Both the position numbers and the translations under genes were made by a program. Below the pieces are notes generated by a model. It searched no databases. It had not been told where the DNA came from and saw only the letters and a program-made list of their open reading frames with translations. Positions 1-12,891 of a stretch of DNA of 64,000 nt are shown here, piece by piece (the stretch's first letter is position 1; the number at the start of each line of letters is the position of its first letter). The stretch is from Amphiscolops sp. MND2022 (lineage: Eukaryota): contig OZ076419.1 in NCBI GenBank assembly GCA_964187785.1, positions 7,936,001-8,000,000 on the forward strand, read 5' to 3'.

Positions 1-329
1 GGTCGGAACAAACAAAGTGGTATTCAACCTGGAACAGACTTTTCCTATCTGTTGTACATTAAAACGCTACAACCTTGGTGACTAACCAATTCTAGTTTTC
101 GCTGGCATCATTACAGCTGAAATTCAGTCACAGTTCAACGTCGAAAATACATGTCGAAGACAAATCATCCGTCATTATCAAGCTATTTCGACAATCAGTC
201 ACATCTGATGAGTAATTAGTCGATCTTCTAAGCAATGTCAATAGTCAGCAAAAGGCTTTTTTTTCAACTAATTCGTTCCGTTGTGTCTACTATATTCTTT
301 CCGAACAAGCATGATCTCAAAAATTTTGA

Positions 330-1460
330 AACTATCAATCAGAATTTACGTTACAGTATCGCCTTCCTAGACAGCCATGAAAGGTTCTAAAAGTCTGTGA
401 GTGTTTGTCGGAAGTATTTCGAATGAAAGAGAGTGTTACAAACAGATTGCTGCTGTTTTCGTCAACGTTGTCGAATATTGACACGTCACAATGGCAACGT
501 CAAAAATAGTTTCGAAAGAGTTCGAATTAAGTTGAGTGATTTCTAGTAATGTCAAATTTATGTCTTTTCAATGTCAATTTGGTGTCAAAGAAAGTAGAAT
601 AGAAAAGATCAAAAACACTTTACAGGTTGCGTGGCAATTGTTTGGTGGAAATGTTACCCAATCGCTCAAAAATGAGTTTAGCACGAATGTAAAAATCCGT
701 ATGTGAGTTTGCCTTGTTGAAATGTTTTGTTGTAACACAAAAGACATAAACTTGAAAATTTCACAAACGTCTGCTATATTTCCAGATACCGTTGAAATGA
801 CATAAGGTCTGACTCCGTCCAAATTCATCAAAAGTAGCGCAAGCACAGTTCGTTGTTGTTGTTGTCGTGCTGACGTATGCGTCCATTAACCCAAGTTGCG
901 ACGTTCCAGCACTGATACTAAACAAAACAATTCTACAAAAGTTTGATTTTGTTAGCAAGACATTTCAGTATAAGTTTGGAAACTGTTAACAAGCTTTAGG
1001 GTGATGACTCACTGAAAACTAGCGGCGCATGAAATTAATAAGTACTGTGCCACTACTTACTGTGGGACGACCTGTCCGGACAATGGTTACATTTAGCAGA
1101 ATACCTGTTTTACTGGGAGCTGTTTACATACCACCAACCACCTCACTGAAACTACAAACTGTTATCGTTCAGCTTGAGAGAACATTTTGATGAAATGTAT
1201 CAATATGTTCATAAGGACACAGGTGGTTTAAATAAATTCGCACTTTTCTACGCTGGGGCCGTATGGATTGTGTGGAACGTCCGGTCAGGAACGCGGAAAC
1301 CTTATGAGTGGTAAGTTAGGCTCACTTCGGAACAAAGCTCCTGTCTTACGGCTAGCTTCAATATCAATGTTCCTGTGTAGCCCGCTAGATCGAAAGTCCA
1401 TGTTTGAGCTAAATCCGTTTCAAGACTGTTTTGAAGTGGTGAAAAAACCATTTCTCTAAT
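330..1460 (+). mobile_element. Decayed non-LTR retrotransposon 5' region (ORF1 end plus AP-endonuclease start), paralog of 4107-4900
   Basis: 720-1270 is near-identical to 4107-4740, with internal deletions. The + frame at ~1100 gives LLGAVYIPP, typical of LINE APE domains. The left boundary is approximate. Confidence 0.45.
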
Positions 1461-2189
1461 CGCAGTGTTTATGGCTTATGAGACTTGGGAATGTTGATCT
1501 GCTTTGATCGAATCGCGTTTCTTTGACATTTACCCAGCATTTTCGATTTTTGTCCTTCTAGCAATTTCCACAATGGTTTCACTATTTTCCCAACTATTCG
1601 TTTTCAATAAAAATCTAAAATACAAATAAGACCAAAGGGTAATAGAAAATACAACAGAATTTCACAACATTCAAGTTTCTGGCTGGTATGAGTGTCACCA
1701 CTGAAAGTTGTAATGTGGTCAAGTTTAGCGCTGGATATATTGGGGAGGAAATAGCATGACGCAAACATATGGCAGTCATTGGGCCATAACAACAAATTGA
1801 CGTCAGTGTTACTTCATCTTCTGTTCAAGATGCTTATAACACACTCTCATCACTTCACAGGAAATGCATGAAATGGGGCGTCAGGCGGCATGCTTTTTAA
1901 GTCAATGGTTTATCAGCTAATGTGAACATTATGCTGTGAGAGGATCGTGTGGTAGTACATGCTGATAACACAATAGACCTGTAGTCCGCCCGACTACAGT
2001 AATGAAAGCATTTGATTGCTGGTAAACTAATTGAATCACGAGTCCAACGGACTAGAGCACTGTACAAGTTGAACACGTTTCAATTCCGCACAGTTATGTG
2101 TATTTGATCAAAGAGTAGTGTCTTTTCAACGAAATAATTGCACCTTGTACTGAATCTATCGGCTTGTACATCCAATATAAGAACTACAA

Positions 2190-2850
2190 CCATTTACAAA
2201 AAATTATAAACCAAAAATGAATTGCAAATAAAGCCATGTATTGGTGTAGTGGAACTGACTTACAGTCCGCTTAAAGAGGTAGCACCGATGTCCTAAGTTT
2301 GTTCTACATCAAATTTGTATATTATTGATTCAAATGAAGCATCTACAACAAGACAGTTCGATATATCTAACATATGTTAGCAGTCGCCACGCGGACCAAA
2401 GATTGAATCATTTGAGAAACAGTCAGGAGTTAGTCTGTTGATTCTTTCTTCATCCGCAAGACATATAAAGGTCACAGGAGGCATCCCGTGACACACAGAA
2501 ACAAACCCATATGAAACACTGGTTGCAAAGATATTTAAAATAAATAATCAGTTTTAGTTTAGGTGTATGACTGCGCTTTGTACCTCTCCAGTTCAGCCCT
2601 TGTCAATTCCAGCCGCTCGACTCGCAATGACACGAAGGTCCGCATTCTTATTTTTAGGGCAGTACGTGTATGTGAACGTACCTGACTTAGTATTGACCAA
2701 ATCCAAACTGATTCAAGCAATCAGGAAGCACTTTTGTTCAAATTTTTGTTTCAGTGTTTGACATTTGGATTTTTGGCCCAAGACGTGGTCGGTAATTCAG
2801 ACTAATTTTTTCTACAAAACGAAGTCGTCGTTTTACATGCACTAACGGTT
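2190..2850 (-). pseudogene. Decayed coding block, paralog of 8306-8960; possibly an NHL/beta-propeller-like fragment
   Basis: Colinear similarity to 8306-8960. Both copies translate on the minus strand to related stop-interrupted peptides (LDLVxTxSGTFTYTxCPK; FIxLADExR; FGPRGD; LVVDAxFESIIYKFD). The family call is a weak inference. Confidence 0.35.
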
Positions 2851-2879
2851 TCAACCATAATTGGACCCTTGAGTTTCGA

Positions 2880-3950
2880 TGATGGAAATTCCACTGTATT
2901 ATAACTGCTTAACGACGGTATAACTATCACTTTCTACTGCTGCCCACATTAGTGAAAAAATTTATATGTCCATTTGAGTATCTAAGTATTACATATTAGT
3001 TGGTCTCTCACCAGTTGTACATATCTTAGAATGGTGTGCCAACTTTTCAGAGGTAAGTCAATTGCAAACGTTGTGGTAACAACATCGGGGTGTGTCAGAA
3101 TCCCTAAGCCACCATCTTGGAAAATTATTCGAAAATGTTGTAATTGTATGAAGAATAATAGCACCGATATCTGTCACCAAACGGAACAAAAGTACAAATG
3201 TGTGCATTGTCTGGATCGACGCTCTTTGGCATCGAGAGGATGCCTTGTCTACCTGAAGACAATAAGGAAATTGCATCAGAGCTGATTGCTACCCCTACCA
3301 AAAGAACTAAAAGATTGAGAAACTCATCACCGAAACCAAATGGCCCGCATAAAGCAAGGCAAAAGGCCAGGGTTAGTTGCGTATAGCTCAACTGCATTGC
3401 GTTATCCTTTTAGCTAAACCTGGGAAACCCTATTCAGTTATTTCAATGGAGACTCACGGAAAACTAGCGGCACACGAAATTTTTAAGTAAATTGCCATTA
3501 GTTACTGTGGGACAACCGGTCACGGAGAAGTTTCGATTTTAGTCAGAAACGATAAGACGCACGTACCGAAAGGCTCAAACAATCCGATTGGCACTGTCGG
3601 GACCAAGGTTACAATTAACAGAATACCTGTTTTACTGGGAGCTGTCTACATACCACGAAACAGCTCACTGAAACTACAAACCGTTATCGTTCATCTTGAG
3701 CGTACAAATTGTTGAAATGGATCAATATGTTAATAAGGACACTGGTTGTTAAAAAAAAATTCGCACTACTTTTGTACGCTGGGGCCGTGGTGATTGTGAG
3801 GAACGTCCAGACAGGCACTCGGAAACTGTTTGAGAGGTAAGTTAGGCACATTTCGGAACAAGTTTCTTGTTTTACAGCGAACTTTAACATCAAGGTTCCC
3901 GTGTAGCCCGCTGGACCGAAAGACCATGTTTGAGCTAAAACAGTTTCCCT
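2880..3950 (+). mobile_element. Decayed LINE 5' region: gag-like ORF1 zinc knuckles followed by APE start (I/Jockey-like)
   Basis: ORF 3031-3285 has KCCNC...C...KCVHC...ASRGCLVY, a degenerate ORF1 knuckle pattern. Downstream come ET(H), G-x-V-S-I-L-V, LLGAVYIP and ANFN APE-like motifs, broken by stops. Confidence 0.6.
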
Positions 3951-4106
3951 GAATGTGGAGCTTCTGAGATCTTTAGCAGGATGGCTAAAACATATAAAGT
4001 CTTTAATATTTAGGTAATAATAGCCATGGATGGTCTTATTAAGGAAAAGCATGTCTTGGAAAACAAGATAGAACGAAATTGGAAGTGTGTGTGTTGCAGC
4101 ATGTTG

Positions 4107-4900
4107 AAATGTTTTGTTGTAGCACAAAAGACATAAACTCGAAAGATTCACAAACGTCTGCTATACTTCCAGATACCGTTGAAATGACATAAAGTCTGAC
4201 TCCATCCAAAGTCATCAAAAGTAGCGCAAGCACAGTTCGTTGTTGTTGTTGTCGTGCTGACGTATGAGTCCATTAACACAAGTTGCGACGTTCCAGCACT
4301 GATACCAAACAAAACAATTCTACAAAAGTTTGATTTTGTTTGCAAGACATTTCAGTCTAAGTTTGGAAAATGTTAATAAGCTTTAGGGTGATGACTCACT
4401 GAAAACTAGCGGCGCATGAAATTAATAAGTACTGTGCCACTACTTACTGTGGGACGACCGGGCAAGGAGAAGTTTCGATTTTAGTCGGAAACGATATCAC
4501 GCACGTACCGAAAATCCTAAACGCCCCAATTGACTCTGTCCGGACAATGGTTACATTTAGCAGAATACCTGTTTTACTGGGAGCTGTTTACATACCACCA
4601 ACCACCTCACTGAAATTACAAACCGTTATCGTTCAGCTTGAGAGAACATATTGATGAAATGTATCAATATGTTCATAAGGACACAGGTGGTTTAAATAAA
4701 TTCGCACTACTTTGGTACGCTGGGGCCGTGGTGATTGTGAGGAACGTCCAGTCAGGCACTAGGAAATTGTTTGAGAGGTTAGTTAGGCACATTTCGGAAC
4801 AAGTTTCTTGTTTTACAGCGAACTTTAACATCAAGGTTCCTGTGTAGCCCGCTGGACCGAAAGACCATGTTTGAGCTAAATCAGTTTCCCTGAATGTGGA
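4107..4900 (+). mobile_element. Third partial copy of the same decayed LINE 5' region
   Basis: 4107-4460 matches 720-1070, and 4390-4900 matches 3440-3950. Confidence 0.6.
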
Positions 4901-7900
4901 GCTTCTGAGATCTTTAGCAGGATGGCTAAAACATATAAGTCTTCAATATTTAGGTAATATTAGCCATGGATGGTCTTATTAAGGAAAAGCATGTCTTGGA
5001 AAACAAGATAGAACGAAATTGGAAGTGTGTGTGCTGCAGCATGTTGTTCAAGATAGTTTGATATTCCATCAACCCATTTCAGGCAATTCATGTTGAATAA
5101 TTCCAATTTACGTCTGTAAATCAATGAAGGGTACCATATAGCACGACACTCAGTACACAAAGACGATAGTAAAGTAACTTTGTACGGATACAAAGATATC
5201 GAGGCAGGTTCCGTTTCAAAAACTGGAAAGACTTCCTAGCTGCAATTAATTTAGTTTGAATATGCTTGTCCCTGGATAAATTGTCAGAAACCATGATAGC
5301 CAAGTATTCGATAGTATTTACAACTGGTAGCTCGTTGCCATCCAGGAAGAACGGGCTTATTGGTTCTCTATTTTTCAATGGAGATAACGTTGCATTTGGT
5401 AATATTGAATCTCATTAGGTTTTCGTCCGACCAGTAAAGAAAACCGGTGATATCGTGCTGCATATTAGAAGTTGTCAAGACTGAGTGAAGCTTACTGTCA
5501 TCGGCAAATAAGTAACTCGAGGATGTTTGCACTGTTTGGGTAGATCGTTAATAAAGATAAGAAATAGAAGAGGGCCGAGCACGTTCCCCTGAGGAACACC
5601 ACTTGTAAATTTTGCAGAATCAGAAAGAAACCCATTTACGTATACCTTTTGAGATCTTTGCTTAAGATAGTATTTGAAAAACACCTAGAAATCGGAGCCA
5701 AATTTGAAAGAAGCCTATTTCTGGAAGAGTTTGTGATGAGAGACCAGGTCAAAGGCTTTAGAAAAATCAAAATAGACTGAGAAGCTGGGTCCATTCTCAT
5801 CAAGTTGAAGAAGCAATTGGTCAAGAGAAGGGAGTAATTGCGTACTTGTTGAACGATTTTTCAAAGAATCATGTTGTATGTCACAAATAAACGGTCGTAT
5901 TTAAGGATAAATGAAACGAAATGTAATTTTCGCAAGAATTAGGGATAACTGAGGCAAATTGCTAATTGGACGATAATTTTCCACATTTTTGGGGTTACCA
6001 GATTTGTGAATTCGCTTTATGGTAGAAAACTTCCAGGAATCTGGCCTCTGTTCTGATCTGATAACGGTATTAAACAACTGGGTGACAAGAGGTGCTAGTA
6101 GCCATGGACAGGAGTTAAAAACGAATGTGGGGTTGGGATCAGAGCTCGAACAATTAGAGGATGCACTGGAAAGTAAATCTTCAACCATCGAAACTTCGAT
6201 TGTCATATCCTGCACAAACATTTGTGGATTTTCAGCTATTGGTAAGAATATTGCGTTGCTTGTTTGGTATACAGAGCTTAAGTAGGAATAGAAGAGGTTA
6301 GCGATATGAAAATTGGTGCTAGCCTCGTTATGTTTCCAATGCATCTGGTTGGGTAAATGATTAGGAGAGAATGAGCGCAGGTACATGAAGCAAGAGCGAG
6401 TCGAACTGGGTGAGGGACTGTCAATCAAGATAGTTTTGTCCAGTTCAATAGAATTTTGTATGTCGTCCTTCAACTTCTTTTGAAATGTTGGTTCATAATT
6501 GTTGCTGTGTGGAGCTTATTAATCATATGTATAAAGTGAGAGGAGTAGAAATATGAGACTCAAATCTCCTGTTAGTTTTGCGATGACAGGATGCATTGAT
6601 TGCATTCATGAGCACTTGATACCAGACGGCAACATAATCATCAAAATAGAATTGAAGAAAACTGGAGTTAGGGAAGCTCAGAAGGTCATAGTAGCGAGAA
6701 GACAGATTTTGATTGAAGCAGTGAGTGGCGAAAGAAGAAACTGAATACTTTGAGATGTTGTTTGAGAACTTTGGTTGGGCAAGGGCTAAGGTAAGGAAAA
6801 CCATGCAAAAACAGCAAAGTTATCTGAGTACAGACAATCATCCACACAAACCGTAAAAAGTTCTGGAGTTGAGGTCAATATGAAATCGAGTATGCTTCCG
6901 GACTTGTAAGTTGGTTCGAAAACAAGTGGCAGGAGATTTAAATTTTCGCTTTTTTCCAATATTGCCTAAAAACAATCAGAGTGTGCCCAAGAGACGTCCA
7001 CCAAGTTAATGTCACCAAGGGTTGTAAAATAATTCGAAGATACAAGATCGTCGTTGAAGTATGAGGAAATGCAGTCTACTAGTAAGTCAGCTTGAATACG
7101 GTATGGAGCATTTGTGGCCGGGTTATAAATCAGTAGAAACATGTGAGAGCAGTATTCGTCAAATAGCTAGATGGCAGTTGAGTAATTGTTTAGCTTTGAA
7201 ACTTCTGAATGGTTGAATTAGTTGAATTGAAGTTCTTTTTTGGTAGCTATCAAAACCCCACCATGTTCCCCAGTTATTCGATCTTGTCTGGAGATTGTTG
7301 TATAATTGCTTTTTAGTGGGAAACTTTCAGAATCCTTGATAAATGGTTAGAGCCAAGTTTTAGTTAGAAAGATGATATTTGGGGAATGAAAACTGAAAGA
7401 ATTCAGAAGTTTGAGTCGTAGCGAAACATCAATAAGGCTTTGGACATTGATTAGGCAAGATTTGATTTGCAGTCAATTTTGCAAGTTAACCTCAAAACCA
7501 TTTCTCATAAGTTTCAGACCTTTAATTCGCAGTTCTTTTTTGGGGACGTTCTTATTGTTTTTCATTTGATATCTTTTTCAAACAGTTTACGTCTCGTTGC
7601 TTGGTCTTCCTTTTTTAGCGATTTAGAAATGTAGAGTGGCACAGGGTATGATTTCAGTTTGTAAGCTTTCGATAAACTTTTGCGAGCATCCCATTCAGAG
7701 GTAAAACGTACAAACAGGGGCCTGGGTCTTTCTGAATCACGCTGAGGACGTCCAAGTCGACGTGTTGTTTCAATGGAGAACATGGGGTCACCAATATGTT
7801 GGAAGACTTATTCCAACTTGAAGTCATCAGCTTCAAAAGAGGGATGAAAGTCACCCTTATCCTCAACAAGGCGACTTATTAGAATCTCACGACAAGTGGG

Positions 7901-8240
7901 TTCTCCACTATGGGGAGCGTTTGGCCCTTTATGGGTAGGTTCAAGTTTTGTTTTATTTTCATCAAAGGAATTTTGAATTGATTTAACTGAAACTTTCTTA
8001 GCTATCCAAAAATTCAATTTAGGTTCGGATGTTAAGACATCATCGTTGTGGCAAACACTACAGATCCAGAGACACCCTCTGATTCTGCCCATCACAATGA
8101 CATCATCTTGAGAGAGGCCAGCACATGAGCAGCCATGATACCAAACAACACACGAGTCACAAGCTACAAGCAATGCCTGACGGGTCCTCATCCTTCACCA
8201 CTTTCTTGCAGGATCCACACTTGGATGCCGACCTAGATGT
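4900..8240 (-). mobile_element. Near full-length decayed CR1-clade LINE (PHD-containing ORF1, APE, RT)
   Basis: PHD finger CGSC...CDSCVVWYHGC...WICSVC (~8240-8050). ORF1 RLGR...PRPLFVRF...KLK motif (7562-7783). APE IIFLTKTWL (~7370). RT motifs NYRPISNLP, SGVPQGNVLGPLLFLIFINDLP and LLYYRLCVLSVVLYG. Many frameshifts and stops. Confidence 0.85.
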
Positions 8241-8305
8241 TTTGTTTGTCAAGTCACCGGAAACTATTCATTAAGTTCATCACTACAATTAGGCTGTAGT
8301 ATAAT

Positions 8306-8960
8306 CATCCACAAAAAGTATAAATCAGAAATGTGTTGCAAATAAGACGATGTATTTGTGTAGTCGAACTGACTTAAAGTCCGCTTACAGAGGTAGCACC
8401 GATGTCTTGAGTTTGTTCCACATCAAATTTGTATATTATCGATTCAAATGGAGCATCTACAACAAGAGAGTTCGATATATGTACCATAGGTTAGCTGTCG
8501 CCACGTGGACCGAAGGTTCAATCAATTGAGAAACCCTCAGGATTCTGTCTGTTGTTTCTGTCTTCATCCGCAAGAAAGATAAAGGTCGCAGCAGGCACCT
8601 GGGACACACAGAAACAAACCCATATGAAATATAAGTTGAAAAACTTTAACGAATAAACAGTTTTAGTTTTGGTAAATGACTGGGCTTCGTACCTCTCAAA
8701 TTCTGCCCTTGTCAATTCCAACCGCCGGATTCGTAGTGATTCGAAGCTCCGCATTCTCACTTTTAGGGCAGCAAGTGTATGTGAATGTACCTGACTCAGT
8801 TTCAACCAAATCCAAACTGTATCAAGCAGTCAGGAATCACTTTCGTTCAACATTTTGTTTCAGTGTTTGACATCCGGATTTTTGCCGAAAGACGTGGTCG
8901 GTACTTCAGAATATATTTTTGACGTGACGAAGTCGTCGTTTTACATGGACTAAAGGCTTC
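8306..8960 (-). pseudogene. Decayed coding block, paralog of 2190-2850
   Basis: Direct colinear similarity to 2190-2850 (e.g. gaactgactta..gtccgctta..gaggtagcaccgatgtc). Confidence 0.35.
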
Positions 8961-9740
8961 AACTCTAAATGAAAGAGTTCACTGGCCGTGGAACTATTCA
9001 AAAGTCATTTTTCCGAGAAAACACCATAGCGTCAGCGTTTCAATAAACATCACCGTTAGCGGATCGCAGTCACTGGTGACAAGACGTCAATTATTTACCT
9101 CAACTCTGAGAACACGCATGTCCCAAAGTTTTTCGGAGAGGCAAGTAAGGTCTCAAGAAACACAACAATCCTTGGTTGATTGTTGACAAAAAAGTGATTT
9201 TCAACGGACACCTACAGCTGGTAGAGGGAAAGTTGCTAAACAGTGAAATACATTTAGAATGTTCTGCGGCTCAAATTTTGATGTCAAGCAGTCAAGGCTA
9301 TCAAAGCTCTACAAAACTATAGTGCACCCCCAACTTCTGTACGCAGCCCCTGTAAGGGCCAAGAAACACAATCAAGCACATAGCTGATTCCAATGCACAG
9401 CGCTCAAGCTTATCCCTGGTACAAATACGAAGTTCAATAAGTTGGCAGCAGAAATGCAGTGCAGTCTCTCGCCTATGCAGTTACAAATCAGTTACATTTA
9501 AATTTAAAATCAAGGTTTCTCAATACCAGGTTTATGGGAGCTATATCGGAAGTGCAAATAGGCAGAGATAAAAAACCGATAGAAACCTCGTTGGCGAATG
9601 TTACAAAGTCAGAGTATTTGGAAAACAAAATTTACGGATGCGCTCACGACAACCCACTGGATTGCCTATGCACTGACGACTACCCATCCAATCTTTCATT
9701 GAATTGGAAGAGATCACTTCTGCAAAAACGACAAGCAGAC
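8960..9740 (+). mobile_element. LINE RT C-terminal fragment, decayed
   Basis: The + frame at ~9305-9355 reads KLYKTIVHPQLLYAAPV, the post-RT LYxxxxRPxLxYAxxVW motif. Boundaries are approximate. Confidence 0.55.
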
Positions 9741-10250
9741 ACCTAAAAAAAACTATCAACAAGCTCATTTTGATTTGCAAGTTGTCGGCTCCAAATCCAA
9801 TTCCGGCGGGTGAATTCCAATTCCCAGCAATTCCATTCTAAATCCAAAAGTGCATAAAATTCAATTCCAGTTCCTGAATTCCTGAAAGTTGGAAAAAACA
9901 TCGGATAGAAAATTCGGAGAAGTGTCCAAATTAATATCCGGCGAAATTGCATTCGGCGAAGTGACCAGTAGTATTAAATGAGCGTCATCGTCAGGTTAAT
10001 ACGTTAGTTATAACAACATTTGGTTTTTCAGAGCATGTGCGACGAGGACACCCTCTTTTTACCCCTGGTAAAGTCTTCTGACTAGGCGGCCGCGAAGATG
10101 GCAATTCCGAAAAGGTTAGCCCGCGTGGCAAATGCGGAAAAAAATCAATTCCGTTTCTCGTACTCGGAATTGACTCAAATCCGATTCCTATTTCCTACAG
10201 ATGCGTCGGTTTTCAACTCCATCAGAAGCCAACTAGTTGGCAGCCCTTGA

Positions 10251-10393
10251 GGGTATATGCCCAGTTTGCCGCGACTCAATTCGCCGAATCCGAGGGACAG
10301 TTTGCCGAACTTTTTTTTTCGGCTAACTGGGCAAGGTAGGGACAATTTGTCGAATTCGGCAAACTGGGTTCCGCCAAACTGTCCCATATTCCC
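10251..10393. mobile_element. Small MITE-like element with GGG termini and internal CAGTTTGCCG subrepeats
   Basis: Left end GGGTATATGCCCAGTTTGCCG versus reverse complement of right end GGGAATATGGGACAGTTTGGCG. No clean TSD. Confidence 0.5.
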
Positions 10394-10596
10394 TTTGAGC
10401 AGAGACCCCACTCTGCCCTTTTTGAGTAGATACCGAATCAGTCCTGCATTACTTATTCTCTTTGCCTTCTGTACGAGCAATTTCGTGCGCCTGAACTAGC
10501 CACAGAAAATTCAGTTGCCTAGACCACGAGGCTAATTAACTTCATCACAGACTCTGGACTTTCGAAAGCATAACAGAAAGGAAACGGCACTTTCAA

Positions 10597-10949
10597 GGGG
10601 GCAGGGACGTTTAGTCACCAGCCATTTGGGCGACAAAAATTTGAGCCCATTTCGGCGACAATAATGTCGCCCAAATGTCCCATAGACTAAATGGCCAAAT
10701 ATGTTCACATACCCCTAGTGCCCTAAATGCAGAAGCGAAGCGGAGCGACGTGCCATATGGCCATGCCTCATTGTTGCTAAGTGTCGAAGGGAGCGAAGCG
10801 ACAGAGCCATAAAACAAATATGCGAACCTCTTCAAATATATCAGTTAATTGATCAATTTGATCAACCCCTTTGGTCGACACTTTTGTCGCCTATGTGACC
10901 GACGCCATATTGTCGCCCAAATGACTGGTGACGGAATGTCCCTTACCCC
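10597..10949. mobile_element. MITE, ~43-bp imperfect TIRs, 6-bp TSD TTTCAA
   Basis: Left GGGGGCAGGGACGTTTAGTCACCAGCCATTTGGGCGACAA versus right RC GGGGTAAGGGACATTCCGTCACCAGTCATTTGGGCGACAA. TTTCAA at 10591-10596 and 10950-10955. Confidence 0.8.
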
Positions 10950-11134
10950 TTTCAAGACAGTACTTCACTGCTAAAGTCGCAAAATCTCCTATTTTTGTTA
11001 AAAAAGCTGAGATGAAGGCTTTTCATTGAGTCGAAATTAAAAGTATTCAGAGCGTCAGAATCAAAGTTACCTATTCATGGCGTCGAAATTTTATATGAGC
11101 AATTATTTCCAGTTTAACATCTGAAGAGGTTAGC

Positions 11135-11232
11135 TCATTTGTAGTATGGCTCGGTCGCCAAGTAGCAACATTGAGTCATGGCCATATGGCACGACGCTCC
11201 GCTTCGTTTCGCTCCTGCTTTTAGTGCATCGA
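11135..11232 (-). repeat. Inverted copy of the GAGCGAAGCG-rich module also found inside the MITEs at 10597 and 49484
   Basis: Reverse complement reads gcaggagcgaaacgaagcggagcgtcgtgccatatggccatgactcaatgttgcta...gagccata, matching ~10725-10815 and ~49635-49725. Confidence 0.75.
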
Positions 11233-11269
11233 ATCCAATGAGGAAACTGTCCCTCCTCAAGCTGATAAC

Positions 11270-12691
11270 CCCTCAATTTTCTTGAGTGATTTGTGCTTTT
11301 CAGTGGAAATCATCCAAAATATCTTGAAAATGTTCTCCGATCCAACAAACCAGCTGCCAATGGAATACCTCCTGTAATACTAAATGCCATGTCTCAACAT
11401 CTTGCACCGTTCATCTACCTACTTTTCACATACATAACGTCAACACTCAGGTGGCCCGATATCTCGAAATGCGCCTTTGTTACACCAGTTCGCTAAAAAA
11501 GGAAGCCGTAGTGATATTCAAAATTACAGACCAATCTCGATTCTACCTAAGTTCTCGTTGATATTCGAAAAACTGCTATTCGACTTGATTTACAGGAAAC
11601 TCCGAAAAAAAGCAAACTATCGCCAGCATGGTTTCCAACGTGGTAAATCCACTAATACTCAGCTGATCGAATTCTTAGATGAGCTGTATCAGAATTTTGA
11701 CAATAATGAGGAGCAAATAGTCGCTTACTTGGATATTCAAAAGGCTTTCGACTCAGTATCTCATGCAACCCTCCTTGACAAACTCTCAAAATTTGGTTTC
11801 GACGACAGCCGTCTCCGACTCATTCACCCATATCTGACATGTAGGACTCAAAGAGTTAGAATTGACGACACACTATCAACTGTTGGTGAAGTATCAAGTG
11901 GAGTTCCCCAGGGCAGTGTTGTGGGTCTTCTTTTCTTTTCACTTTATGTAGATGACATGCTTGCTCTTCCAGAATTCTCCCACTGCTACTGCTTCGCTGA
12001 TGATACCAAAATATGCTCAAGTGTTGATCCTGAAAAGCTCCAGTCAGTTCTGAGCACAATCTCTTTCTGGCCTTATGACAACCAAATGACATTTCATAAA
12101 GACAAATGCTGCTTCTTGCATTTTCAGAAAACGAAAGCTTGTCGTTTAGTTCTTGGACTCCAAATTTTGCAGGAAGAGTCAAGGGCGGTCCATCTTGGTG
12201 TCACATTATCGAATGATCTAAGCTGGAATGCTCATTTTTTGACCAAACTTGTCAATGCGACTAAAAGTTTCAAAATTTTGCGACACTCTGTACCCCATCG
12301 AGTTCCTTCGAGAGTAAAACTCAATCTCTTCCAAGCGTTGTGTTGTTTCCATCATTTTATACTGTTCTTCTTCATGGTCCGCAAATATTAGCCTTACACG
12401 CAAAATGGAATCTTTGAACCACAAAGGTCTGAAGTTGTGCTTTGGCAATAATTCCTACAGCATTCTTCTCCAAACATCAGCAAAAATGCCCATCGCTTAT
12501 CTGAAAATAGAACGAGACTTGCGCTTGTTTCCCGACATGTCTGGAGCCACGTGCATAAATTTCCATGACCATTTTACCGTCAATGTGACACTAGATCCTT
12601 TCGAAGTAATGTGAAACCCAAACTCGTCGCGCCGACATTCAAAAGAAAAGTAGTTCTTCGGTCGTTTTTTCCCAAGAGTAACTCAACTGGT
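11270..12691 (+). mobile_element. 5'-truncated CR1-clade LINE (RT and C-terminal region), running into the gap
   Basis: ORF 11477-12391 has NYRPISILP, QHGFQRGKST, YLDIQKAFDSV, SGVPQGSVVG, FADDTKI and HLGVTLSNDLSW. An SFFPR C-terminal motif lies just before the gap. Confidence 0.85.
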
Positions 12692-12891
12692 NNNNNNNNN
12701 NNNNNNNNNNNNNNNNNNNNNNNNNNNNNNNNNNNNNNNNNNNNNNNNNNNNNNNNNNNNNNNNNNNNNNNNNNNNNNNNNNNNNNNNNNNNNNNNNNNN
12801 NNNNNNNNNNNNNNNNNNNNNNNNNNNNNNNNNNNNNNNNNNNNNNNNNNNNNNNNNNNNNNNNNNNNNNNNNNNNNNNNNNNNNNNNNNN
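12692..12891. other. Assembly gap (200 N)
   Basis: Run of N. Confidence 0.99.

Noticed and set aside
2250-2870. BEL/Pao integrase fragment
   Set aside because: One frame loosely resembles it (VWI…RYKAQ), but no HHCC or DDE residues are convincing and a different frame is better conserved between the two copies.
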